Assembly (NCBI GenBank): GCA_026025075.1
Contig: JAPEUI010000043.1
Span: forward strand, 62,001 to 126,000
Direction of reading: 5' to 3'
DNA: 64,000 nucleotides
Origin: Vezdaea acicularis
Lineage: Eukaryota
The position numbers and the translations under genes are program-made. This document shows positions 23,867-35,300 of this stretch, one piece after another. Position 1 is the stretch's first letter; each line of letters opens with the position of its first letter. A model generated the notes under the pieces. That model was not told where the DNA came from and ran no database searches. It saw only the letters and a list, made by a program, of their open reading frames with translations.

Positions 23867-24943
23867 ATGGCGGCAATCACGGCTCGGGGCATATCGCCTT
23901 CATCGCCATCGCCATTGTCTTCGCCCGTTTCCGCTCGACTACAAGTATCATCCATCGATGGTCGCTCACCCACATCTACACAGATTCCAGACAGCGCTGA
24001 AACGGCAGCCCACAATAAGACATCCAGCCTGGGGGCCCCGCCGTCATCAAGCAGCATCCAGGTTAGCGCGACCGCACCTTGCAGATCCCCGGCGCCACCA
24101 ACACCGACGCGATCCGACAAGCCCAATCTTAATTCTGCCACAGCCGGTGCTGGATACCCCCGCAAAACCAAAGCTAAGCCAGGCCTACATCTACCCCTTC
24201 CTCCCACCACGAACACTTTCCCGATCAACATCCCTCAAACTGTCAAGAACTACGGCACGCCGACCACTCCGACATCTCCTCTGACTGCCCGTATCACGGA
24301 GAAAGAAGGCCGCTACTTCCCATTCTACTCACCAAGCCGCCACACCCCACATCACAATCGCAAACCCTCAGGCAAGACTCAATACTACTCGACCGCCCTC
24401 CGCGAAACCCCCCATTCTCCCAAGAGGATGTATACCGAGCGCTCGCCAACCTACGCCCCGTCATCCTCCCTCTCACCCACCTACAGCGCCTCAATGCCAC
24501 CCCCAAGCGGTGCTTCCAGAAGGCAGAATCGCAATACCGCCCACAAAGCCACTCTAAAACTTAGCGGCCTCCCGCGCTTCCACCCTGCGAACTTCTCCAA
24601 CCAAGCTACCATGGCTCCAGCACCAGCACCAGCCCCTCAACCGCAATACTCAGACGTTCAGCTCCAGCTGCACCTCCACCAGCGCGAGCTCATCTCGTCC
24701 GCAACCCGTAGCAGCGCCGATACGACCTCCACCGGTAGCGCCAACCCCGTTTCTCCCCGCCTCTGCCCCCTTGGAAGTCCTGGGCCAGTAACGCCGATTG
24801 TGCTGGATGAGCGGGGCGGCTACCTGGTCGCCGGCGCTGCAGCCGAGGACAGGAAGAAGCTGACTCAGACGCCGGATGGAGAGCAGGCTCTCGTGGAGCG
24901 CCTGATCCGTGAGGAGACAACGCGGGCTTCGGGTCGACGTTAG
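23867..24943 (+). CDS. Ser/Pro/Thr-rich fungal hypothetical protein
   Basis: 358-codon ORF from ATG 23867 with short conserved-looking islands LKLSGLPRFHPANF, LHLHQRELI and PVSPRLCPLGSPGPVTPIVLD...GYL. Confidence 0.7.
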   Translation: MAAITARGISPSSPSPLSSPVSARLQVSSIDGRSPTSTQIPDSAETAAHNKTSSLGAPPSSSSIQVSATAPCRSPAPPTPTRSDKPNLNSATAGAGYPRKTKAKPGLHLPLPPTTNTFPINIPQTVKNYGTPTTPTSPLTARITEKEGRYFPFYSPSRHTPHHNRKPSGKTQYYSTALRETPHSPKRMYTERSPTYAPSSSLSPTYSASMPPPSGASRRQNRNTAHKATLKLSGLPRFHPANFSNQATMAPAPAPAPQPQYSDVQLQLHLHQRELISSATRSSADTTSTGSANPVSPRLCPLGSPGPVTPIVLDERGGYLVAGAAAEDRKKLTQTPDGEQALVERLIREETTRASGRR

Positions 24944-25123
24944 GACCGGTCCCGCCCAACAGGCTCTATCGGCGCCACAGACGACTTTAAGATTCTTTCA
25001 TATAAATTGCAAGCGGTTCGCGCGGAAAGGCGTAAGGCGCGTTATATATACCTATATTATACCCCCAGACCATCACTGTTCATCGACGGATAGACGAAGC
25101 TTCCCCGCGGCCGGGACGCTGGA

Positions 25124-25150
25124 GATAGCATAGCATTAGCATAGCATAGC
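25124..25150 (+). repeat. Short (TAGCA)n tandem repeat in 3' UTR
   Basis: atagcatagcattagcatagcatagc. Confidence 0.7.
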
Positions 25151-26157
25151 TCAGCTTCACACTTTGTCTCACAGACTGTTTTCTAGAGCGTTTCCTTTCC
25201 CTGTACCCATTCACTCGATTTCGTGAACTAGACTGCATATCAGCGTTGCATCGAGCGGTTTTCTGAGCGCATTCGTTTAGCACCCTTTCTTGTTCTGTTT
25301 TCTACTTGTACTTTTTCATTCTTCATCCTAGCGGCTGTGTATACTTTGCCCTTTGCCTTTGCCATTTGCTCCCATCTGGGCTCTACTGTAGATAGGCAGG
25401 GCCTTCCATATTCAGCCAAAGTGCGGGGATGGTGGACGGGGGTGTCGATGAACCCGCATACCTCATCACCTCATCACCTCAGCAAGCATTTAGCTGTAGT
25501 CGCTAACTACCAAAGTTTAAGAGATCATCGCGATACTTAGTGGCTCGTCTTCTATGGTGTTCGAACTCTATCCCCCTTCATGTATCGCGACTGAAACCCT
25601 TTCCCACATGGAGCCTTCCCGTACCCTCCAGCACCCTCCCGCACCGCTCCATTCTCGCTACCCACCCTCCACCCAAGACCCTCACTCCACATCCCTAGAG
25701 CAACAGAAGAAAACCCCCTGCAAGCCAAAAAAACGTCATCTCGCTCCCGGCCGCGGAACGCGCAAGTCCTGCGCGTCTGAATGGCGGAGGGCTTATCCGA
25801 TCGGCGGATCGTCGATGCATGGCTTTTCCAGGGTTAGACGCTGCATGAACATTTGGATGGACGGGAGGGGGTAGAGATGCTTGGGGGAGCGGGAAGGATA
25901 TGCAGATGATCGACGGTGGTAAGAAACGTGGATGGTGCTTTAAGGGTTGGTGGGGAGGGAGATGTGCGGTGCGAGATGGGAGGAGGATCGAGGAAGCCGA
26001 GGGGGGGCATAAAAGCGGGTGAGGGAGGGAGTCGAGAGGGATGCATGATGCGGGAAGAGCTGGAGCGGGTGGGTCCGGTAGTCTATGCGGTGCGGAGGCT
26101 AGTGTTGACTGTAGAGTATTGAAGTTGGATATGCAGCTTAAGCTCTTGGCGAGTTCT

Positions 26158-28514
26158 TCAGCCATTGGATATGTCCGGGTATCGCAGGTCTGCATTCTCC
26201 TCGAGGAAGTCCATCCAGCGTTTGAGGAACTGGCTGCCCCTATAGAGTATTAGCTCTCGTCTCTAGCGCTTCGGCGGAAATAGATCCATCGGTTTCTTAC
26301 CTCCCGACGGTCTCTGAATCGCCGACGACGCAAAGCTGCTGTTTCGGTCGGGTCATAGCGACTGCGCAGACCTAGTCAGTATAGTCTGAATAAGGTGATG
26401 TTGGATTGACCTACCATTGAGCCTTCTCTTCTCGCCCAGAAAGCCCACTTCGCCGTCTGTGTTGCTTCTTACGAGACTGACGATCACTGCGGCTTGCTCT
26501 CGGCCTTGGAAGCCGTCGACGCTGCCGAGATCGATGCCGGGGAATCTCTCTTTTAGAGCCTTTGAAAGCAACGAGAGCTAGTAAACTCATGTCAGTCTCG
26601 GAAATCTTGAAAATTTGTAATAAAGCCTACCTGGGCATTGTAAGGTGTGATCACGGCAATGTCTTCTGCTCTCACACCTGCTTCTACCAGTTTCTCGACA
26701 TGTCTCTTCACGACTTCAACCTCTCCAACATTGCTCTTGCTCTCGACCCCAAACCCTCCTCTTCTCCCGACTTCCTCGTCTTCTGTCGTCTCTGGGAAAT
26801 TTCCGCCTTGCGTGTCCCAGAATATAAGTGGCTCTACAATATCTTCCGTTTCTTCGACCTCGTATGGCAGATCCGTTAGGAGTCGTGATTTGACTGCTGG
26901 ATCCGCGGTAAGCTTAGATTCGTACATTTCTTGTGACGGGAACTGCATAATCTTCTCATGCATACGATATTGCACCGTAAGCATGCGCTTGATGGATTGG
27001 CCATGCAGAGTCAGCAGGCGGTCGAATAGTGTAGTTTCCAGGGCAAATAGTGTTTTAATACCATCAGCAGCTGGTGGCCTTTTCGTCTTCGTGTTCAGTG
27101 ACTTGATCGTGGGGGGGAGTTGTAGGTGGTCGCCAGCGAGAATTGCTTTCTTTGCAGACAGCAGAGGTACCCAGCACTGTGCTTCCAAAGCTTGGCTCGC
27201 CTCGTCGATAATGACGATGTCAAATCGTTCATGGCGCAGTTGGAACCCTCCAGCTCCATGCAGAGTGGCTAAGACAACCTTCGAGCTACCAATGAGGTCG
27301 CTCACACATTTTCGTTCCCTGATGCGAAATTCTTTCCGTAGCTCTTTCAGGTCTCCATAGATTGTTCTCCGCTCGCGCCCGTTTCGAGTTTTGCGTATAC
27401 TCTTCTGCTTGTCGTCCATCTCTTTCCTAACATCATTTACAATAGCAGCAGCATCGGATGTTTGTGTCAAGACGTCAAGAGAATGATTAAGTACCGAGGT
27501 CAAGAGTCGTGCTGGATGCCCCAAACGTACCATTGGGACCTTATGGGGAGCAAGCCGTTCGACAATGTTGTCGACAGAAATGTTGCTGGGGCCGCAGACC
27601 AGAATCCGTTGGTTGCGGAACAATAACTGGCGTATGAGCTCGATCAAAGTATGCGTCTTGCCTGTCTTTTTGGGTTAGTAGGCCTAGAGGAATCTTCGAA
27701 GAGAGCTTACTCCTGGAGGTCCATGGATTAAAGCAATTTCTCTAGATGCAATAGCGAATCTAATTGCGTCCTTCTGAGAATCGTTTAGACTTTCATCAAA
27801 GTATTCGGGCTGGCTTGTGCCAGTCTCAGGGTCATCAAAATGTACTGGACTAGGATGGGAATGCCCGAAAAGGGTACGGATGAATGGGGTGTAATCAGAT
27901 TCATTAGACTTCTCTAATTTGGTCATGGCTTCATTCATTCTATGCGTACGGGTCAGAACTTGACTCTTCTTATTCATGGTATTGAGGAAGATATACCTCT
28001 TATACGTAACATCATTGGCGAGCTTCACTCTAGCCAAATTAGCTCTAAGGTTCTCGAGAGCATAAGCAATTACATACATCCAGAGCCTCCCTCCAGGTAG
28101 TCCTTCATCGCCCTCACCATCTAGAGCGACGGATACCCTTTGAGCACCTACTCTGACCACCACGCCGTCGGAGCCTATTTTCATCATCTCGCCCAGCTCT
28201 TTCTTCCTTTCGCTGCCTTTAGGCTGTACTTGCACACTAACAATATCACCAGTGCGTATGCCATGATCAGCCAGCTCCCCGGCATTCCCAATTGCCGGAT
28301 CAAGCTCAAGCTCCAGAACGGTCTTGCCGCCTAGTCCTGTGCGCTGAGAAGTGACTAAGAGGTTAAGAATGGCAACTCCTGCTCGTTGGAGAGAGGTCGG
28401 AGACGTATGAGCAAGCAGGGCATTAGTAGACTTCAGCTCAGCCTGTAGTTCGGCCTTCAAGAGCTCCAATTGAGTAGAAGCAAATGCAGGAATGTTAGTA
28501 GCCACGAGTGCCAT
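26158..28514 (-). CDS. HCS1: SF1 Upf1-like helicase, Hcs1/IGHMBP2 (SMUBP-2) family, multi-exon
   Basis: LNDSQKDAI, IHGPPG|TGKT, GPSNISVDN, IIDEASQALE, LAGDHLQLPPT, LTVQYRMH, ITPYNAQ, VDGFQGRE and RRLN|VAMTR. Last exon GSQFLKRWMDFLEENADLRYPD ends at TGA 26160-26158. Confidence 0.93.
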
Positions 28515-28785
28515 TGCGTAGAAGTAGCTTCAACAGCTGTAGGAATAAAACAAAGAGCTCCTCTCCAAGTGCCCCTTGCGAGGTGGCTAAAGCAGGGTCT
28601 TGGCTCTAAGAGTCTTGTCAGGTTGGCAGCTGACACTAGCGTCCTGGAACGCTACTGCCTTCTTCACACATTCCCAGTCTCATGAAGCATTTGCAGCATC
28701 TTCTGTTTCTCCAGACGGCCGTTGTGTGCTGTGGGCCCCTGCTGCCTGGCACGCGCTAAAAGTCTTGGCGGTGTTTTCCACCGTC

Positions 28786-28793
28786 TATATAAA
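28786..28793 (+). promoter_or_regulatory. TATA box of the U2 snRNA gene
   Basis: TATATAAA about 40 nt upstream of the U2 5' end. Confidence 0.7.
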
Positions 28794-28832
28794 CAGCTCG
28801 TCCCACCCGCTTCTTCCTCTTTTCTTTTCTTC

Positions 28833-29075
28833 AGCTCTCTTTGCCTTTTGGCTTAGGTATGTCGCCTTTTCCCCGACCACTTTACTGTCGCTGCATCTTG
28901 CTGACTCTGTCGCAGATCAAGTGTAGTATCTGTTCTTTTCAGTTTAATCTCTGAAATGTCTCTAAGGAGGCAAATCGTGATTATACTTATTTTTGAATCC
29001 CGGTTGTGGCCCTCTGTGCTTGCGCATGGTCACAACCACTGTGTCACTGGTATTACACTGCCTCCAGTTGACGCG
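28833..29075 (+). ncRNA. U2: U2 spliceosomal snRNA, split by one spliceosomal intron
   Basis: Exon 1 AGCTCTCTTTGCCTTTTGGCTTAG plus exon 2 ATCAAGTGTAGTATCTGTTCTTTTCAG reconstitutes the conserved fungal U2 5' end, including the branch-pairing GTAGTA. Stem IIa TTTCAG/CTGAAA, stem IIb TGTCTC/GAGGCA, IIc GATTA, Sm site ATTTTTG (28989-28995), stem III GGTTGTGGCC/GGTCACAACC and stem IV with an ATTACAC loop are all present. Mature length ~185 nt. Confidence 0.96.
28857..28915 (+). other. 59-nt mRNA-type (U2-dependent) intron inside the U2 snRNA gene
   Basis: 5' splice site GTATGT, branch site GCTGAC (28900-28905) and 3' splice site CAG. Removal restores GGCTTAG|ATCAAG exactly. Confidence 0.93.
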
Positions 29076-29464
29076 ACTTTTCTTTTTCATCGAATCTTCG
29101 GTTTATCCGTGGGCTCGAAGAAGAATGTACTATGTCCACAGTAGATTCTTGTAGAACGATCGCAGTTGACATGCCTATTGAGATCGTTGCTAGCTTTGAG
29201 AGTGAGGGCTCTAGGCTGCCTAGCAAGATATCTGAAGACTAGAGATCTGGATCGACCCAAGTTTAGTGCCTGCAGTGCGTAGCATGTTCCTAAAACATCA
29301 GACTGAAAGTTGTCCCTTGACTATGTACCGTTGGTGGCCTTGAAAAGCTACCAGAAACCAACGAGTTGTCCCACGCCCGGAGTGAATGAAACGCTTCTAG
29401 AACGTGGGCTGCAATTGTGAGCCCTAACCTGTGTGCCCTAATGTCGGACACACGGGTAAATGGA

Positions 29465-30526
29465 ATGGTTGATCCAGCCATATTTGTGCATCTCCAAGCC
29501 AAGATCGATGAAGACTCTCAGGTCAGAGACGTGAGTTTGGGTGTGAACAATGATTGAACGCAAATATCTAACAGGTCTTAGGAACTGCGGAGCATACTGC
29601 AGAGGCTAGAGCGTCAAGGTAGAAACACTTCCAACTGTGGATCGCCATCTAAGTAACGAGGGCTCAAGGAAGGACTACGCAATCACTACTTGCTCGGGCT
29701 CACTCAACCCCGTCAAACCAACGTAGGCACACTCTCTGCGTGATCGTGCTATGAAAGCTGACATGATCACCAAGTATCACCAATCCTCGAAGACGCGGAG
29801 CGATCAATCTTGGTAGAGGTCGAAACGATCTCGGGTCTCTCCACTCTAGCGTCCAAGCACCCTTACTACAAGTACGTTCAAGCTCCTGGCATAGGGCAAA
29901 TCTCACCCCGCCTTTAGGTATAACAGTCTCTGGTCTCGAGATGTGCAAAATGTCACTTTTGCGATCGTCCTCTGTGGATGGCTTGGGGGCTTCAAAAATA
30001 TCGAGAAGCACGATCGCCTTTTAACAATTGAGGAGGTCGGAACAATACTCAGAGGTGGAGTGGTCCTTTTTGTCCTTAAGTCTCTATTGCTAACCGCTCT
30101 CAAGTCCCTGTCAATGTTAGTGACAGAGATGTGTTCCATCTAACAATCGAGGAGTATCTCCATGCGTTGATATCACTCATCGAAGAACTAGTATGACCCA
30201 GCTATCTACCGTTGTGTCTGTTCAAGGCTAACGGAGCCATAGGCACGACTAGCAGTCAACTCCGTTACACTTGGGGATTATGGTCGGCCTCTCGAGATTA
30301 GCCAATTCGTCAAAGACCTCCACGCTGGTTTCCAGATTTTGAATTTGAAGAATGACAGCCTCAGACGGCGAAGTGATAGTATTAAATACAATGTATGCTC
30401 TATTTCTCCAACATTGATTAATTCCACTGACCCCCAGCTTCACACTAGGTCAAAAAGGTAGAAGATGTTGTATACGACTTGTCTTTGAGGAACCTAATAC
30501 CTCAACATGATGCAGTCCTCACGTAG
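29465..30526 (+). CDS. TSN1: Translin (C3PO subunit), about 8 exons
   Basis: MVDPAIFVHLQAKIDEDSQVRD|ELR..., ASKHPYYK|YNSLWSR, LLTIEEVG, FHLTIEEYLHALISLIEEL, ARLAVNSVTLGDY, GFQILNLKNDSLRRRSDSIKY and VKKVEDVVYDLSLRNL. Absent from the ORF track because of the many short introns. Confidence 0.92.
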
Positions 30527-30764
30527 TACATAAACCCTAGGAGCCAGGAGGGTGGGAGTAATCACAATTGGTTGAAAGAAAAACATGGTCAGAGGTGGCA
30601 TGGTCTCTTGTATTCTTTTAAAAGTAGGGGAAAGTCTTAGTATCCTTTAGGAAGTAACACGCTTGGCTTCTTCCGCTCTCCGTAGAATTTCGACCGCAAC
30701 CTCCTCCGAACCCTTTTTGATCCATTGCAGTCGTGCCCACAGAAACTATGTCTACCACAATGAG

Positions 30765-31657
30765 ATGGCCACGATGACAGCCACCCAGTCGAAGCCCGTC
30801 AAGGCCTTCCCAGTGCTAGGCCCGATCGAGCTTCTCCACACCAATGGAGCCCGAACATTCACACACATCCACCCGATCTTGCTCTTGACTGCCTACTACC
30901 TCCAGTTCAGCGCCCTGGTCGCCGACCCCGTCTCGGGCCTTCTTGCATCCTTACTCCCTCTCGCAATCATTCAGACGTGCTACATAGTAACATGCCTACC
31001 CTCCGCCAGTGGTAGCGCGACTGCCTTTGACAAGGGCGCCAGGGGCGGCCATCGCAAGAAGCCCGTCCACGCGAAGAGCGTTGCAGGCCCCGCGGACAAG
31101 GCCGTTGTAAGAACCTTCCTCATTCTAGATCTTTCTGGGGCTTTGCCATGTCTGATAACACTCGCTCTAGTCAGCTATTCTATCCCTAATCCTATCGCTC
31201 GTCCTGGGCCCGCCCGTCCTCACCGCGATCATGATCCTTTTCGGCGCCCCACTCACCACCCATATCTACCATACCCTCCTCGCCGCCACTCACGTCTCTC
31301 TCCTAGCCACATATCCGCTCTTCTACGTATTTGGAGTCGACGGCGGGAAATGGAGGCGGATAGCCGGCGCCGCGCTGCCGTTGGACGAGGTTTTCGGCGC
31401 GACGTTGGGGACGTTCATCGGGTGCTGGCTGGGCGCCGTACCGATCCCATTGGACTGGTAAGGTCACTCTTAGAGGAGCTTTCTTCTTATTCTTGTTCTT
31501 ATTGTGGCATTATGGCTGATTATACGTTTTCAGGGATCGTGATTGGCAGGCATGGCCGGTGACTATCATCACGGGAGGCTATCTGGGCTACGTCGTTGGA
31601 AAGCTGGCGGGCGAGTACGTCTTCAAAGGAAAGCGAGTGGAATTTCATGAACCGTAA
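30765..31657 (+). CDS. GPI11: GPI-anchor biosynthesis protein PIG-F/Gpi11, 3 exons
   Basis: ILFGAPLTTH and GCWLGAVPIPLDW|DRDWQAWPVTI (PIG-F signature). Stop TAA at 31655-31657. Confidence 0.92.
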
Positions 31658-32360
31658 AACCTCATCTTAGAAAACAAACAATTCGAATTTTCAGGCTAAC
31701 TTCACGCATCTTTTTGGTTCTCGTTGATTGAAAATACCCGCGCAAAGGCTTTCTCCCCCATATCTTATAATGACGCCACGCATCGACTCCCATCATGTTG
31801 ACCCTCTCTCGAACGTAGAGAGGCATGCAGCTGGACTCAAATACCTGGATAGGCCTCGCTCCTGGTTTAGTATTCGGCCTGTGCAAGATGCGTATGACCC
31901 CATACCTTCTCATGCTGCCCATGCTCCTCAGCGGATTTTCTGAGAGACTACATCTGTAAATCACCAATTTCACTCATGCCAAAAAACCGTCCCCCGTCTA
32001 GTAAGAACACGAGTCATCCAAGTGCGGAGACTTAGGCGATTTCGTATGTACTAAATAGGTAGGTAAACTATTCCTAGATAGCAGCTAAATCTAGGGTTAG
32101 TCCTTGACGCAACTAACCCCGGTACGTGCAAACCAGCGAGGTGGACATAAAAGGAAAGGTAGAAGGATCAAATGATGCCAATCGGTGAGAACAGCTATTC
32201 CTTATATGTACCACTATGTAAGATCGTAGGTGGTAGAGAAGACTCCAAGGTAGGGAGGCAGTATATCCTGCGAAGCACCTCGAGACCCATGTTGTCCTAT
32301 CATCCATTGCCCCGCTTCCAAAGCGTCTTTCTTGCGGCCTAAAACTGGAAAGCCCAATTA

Positions 32361-35300
32361 CTATCCAAGACTTGCTAGGTGGACGGCCCTCTGATTACGC
32401 CCCCGGAAATCCTCACAGTACGCCCTCAACTTCTTCGCGTTAATAGTGGTCGCAATTTGTTCTATTGCCTCAACGTTGTCGGCTCTGATGAACAACCGGC
32501 GTCCATGCAGAATTTGCTGTTGTACGTCGGCCAGCATGGCAGGCATTCCCAAGTAATCGGCACCGTGCATGATAGCAATCAGGTCGTCCAACTTCTCCCT
32601 CACAACTTCAATCTCATCATCATCATGTACTTGCAGAGGTGTCCAGTCTACTTTATCTTTATCCAGGTAAGCGGACTCGACAAGGAACTCTAGTGTCTTA
32701 TGATCAATATCTTCTATTTTGATTGGGCCCCCGTTTACGGTCGTCTGCCATGAACCATTGCAGAGCGTCTCGCAGTAGGAAGATCGGGCGGCGAGCACGG
32801 CTTTATGGGCCATAACTTCGTGGCCGCCTGCTGAGAAGGTAATATCTGTCAGCTTTTTGTCTCTCCAAAGCTTATGCAGGCCAGATGAAACAGAGCTGAA
32901 ATCCTCGAGACTTGGAGGATCTACTGGCGGATAAATCATAGATTCACAACCAATTGCTTTTAAGAGCCTTTCATACGGCAGCAGGAAGGTCCGAATTACC
33001 ATCAGAGGCGGCGCATCGCACCCACCGCCTGCGATCAAGTGCTCGAGTTTCGTCCAGGTACGTTCGAGCTCGTTGAGTGTAATTTGTTCCGGGGCCGATG
33101 CATATGTGTTGAGCCACAGTTCAGCCTGAGGATGGCAGAAGGACTTTGTACTCTCGTCCAACCTCTCCTGAAGATACTCATACGTGCTACAAAGATCACT
33201 TATGTATTGTCCTAAATCTTCCTCAAGTATGCTGCCTGACAAGCTGGCCAAATGTGCTAGATGCTTCCAGACGATCGTTGGATGTGGACGTCCATCAAGG
33301 CGAGCGCTGGCTAACGTTGCTTTCAAAGGCTCATGAGAAGGGAATGCGGTTTGCGACCAGCAAATTGGAAGGTGCTCACGCAGTACAACGTTACGAAGTT
33401 CCAGAACCTTCTGATTCGTCACCAATTGATCCATTTGTCGTTGTCGGTATTCCGGTTGTTGGCCTTCCAATTGGGATGTGACTCTTAACGCTGGGACGGC
33501 CGCTATGCTGTCCCACTCCTGGCTACTGGCATAAAGCCTGTACTCGTTCGTGCACAAGGGACTTAGGACCTTATCTTCATCAGAGGTCAAATGCGGATCG
33601 AAAACTCTCTCAAAACGCTGAGAGAGAGCCATTAGGCAGTCCAGGTAGTGTTTGCCTGAGATTTCTCTGTATGGATGGCTGCGACGCCCAAGGCTGTTCC
33701 ACAACGGGAGGGAGGCAACGCTTCTCATCACGAATTTGACCGAGGCTTCGCACCTAAAAGCGGCGGCGAAGAGTTCGTTGGAATCGTCATAATATTCTCT
33801 GGGCAGACGCATCTTACCATCTCTACCAGCGGCGAAGAAACGGGTCGAAAGTTTTACCGCTGGGGATTCTATTATATCCCGGGATAGTACGCGGACCAAG
33901 CGCTCATAGGGAGTCTCTTCATGCTGGCCAATGTGAGAGGGCATATCGGGCAGCGTGTACTCCCTAAGCATGTCAAAATCCAGAAGGACTCTGACGCCAA
34001 TCTTTTCCAGAAGCGTCTTGTCCCCGATACAAAATGCTGGTTCTACAAAACGACCGAGTTCCCTACACCAAGGTGTGAGGTATTCCTTTCTTGTAGTCGC
34101 AAGAGCTTCCTGGGCTGTGAGGTAAGAAGGGAGTTTGGATGCGCTGGGCCATATGGGAAGCTTCTTCACATCACTTTGAAATTGCGCAGAGAGTGGTTCC
34201 TGATGCGACTCGTAGAGATCCAATATGATCTTCTGAAGGATCTATCGGCATAGTATGTTAGCGTTTGGACGACTCTTGCCAAACGGCTTTCTCACCTTGA
34301 TATGCTTTCCAGGCATATGTGTATGGACAAACCTAGAAACGCTTAGGTCTGCTTCGCTAGCCAGGATAGACAGAGCATTTAAGAATCGGCTAACCGATGC
34401 TAGAGTTTGCAAAGACATCTCTTCTAACGAAAGAGCGCGAGGCATTGTGTTCCGGTTAAGCAAATAGAGGCCAGGGACGTGCTTGAGAAGCTCTTGATGT
34501 TGTTCTAGCAATGGCTCGACAGTTGCAGGTAATGTTTTCATTTCCTCTAAGCTTAGAAAACGAATTGACTTGCCCATTCGCCCTTTTACAAGAGGATAGT
34601 GACTTATGCCAGAGATACTCGAGTCAAAAGCGCGTCCTATTTCTTTGGCCTCGACAAGGTCCAGACGATTCACGAGTTCCCAGAAGCGCCGGAGCCAATC
34701 GCTCCTTGAGTCATTTGACGCAGTTAGCCAAGATTTTTGACATAGGAGTAGTCGACTTATGTGGGACAGATCCAATCTTTCGAGGTTGAAGCGTTTTGAG
34801 TTTATGATAGACGATATGAAATCGGTGTTTATCTCGTCGGAAGACAACAAAGATAAAGCAAAGTGAAATATTTCCCCATCACTCTTATCCGCTGATATAT
34901 ATGTTATATGGCCTGGGCTGGCTTTTGATTTTAGCGCAAGTGTCCCAAGAGTGCCATCAGCAAGCGGTAGGATTCTGCATCCATCCAATTCCTCAAATTC
35001 GGCCTCTTCCTGTGGTTTAATGAAAGATAGGAGCGCTGAAAGAACTTCGTTCTTATCTATGATAGCCTCTTCTAAATGATTACTGGCCGCTGGGGAACGG
35101 AGGGCTTGTCGTACGAGATGTGGATTTACAAGAGATATGTCGGGCAGCTTCTTGAGGAAGTGTCTAAGCCTTTGAGGTGGTTGAACGAGGTCCACGAACC
35201 AATGCGGAAGCAATGGCCTTATCGTCCGGGGGTTGGGGCCTTCTAGAATGTCAAATTTGGCTTTCCTAAATTCGACCAGTTTGGGCGCACTTCGTTTGGG

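Noticed and set aside
28600..29144. Small plus-strand ORFs (108 aa and 62 aa)
   Set aside because: They overlap the U2 promoter, intron and RNA-coding sequence, which explain the region.
32094..32119. GGGTTAGT-N10-ACTAACCC hairpin resembling telomere repeats
   Set aside because: A single 8-bp inverted repeat, with no tandem telomeric array and no partner end or target-site duplication found.
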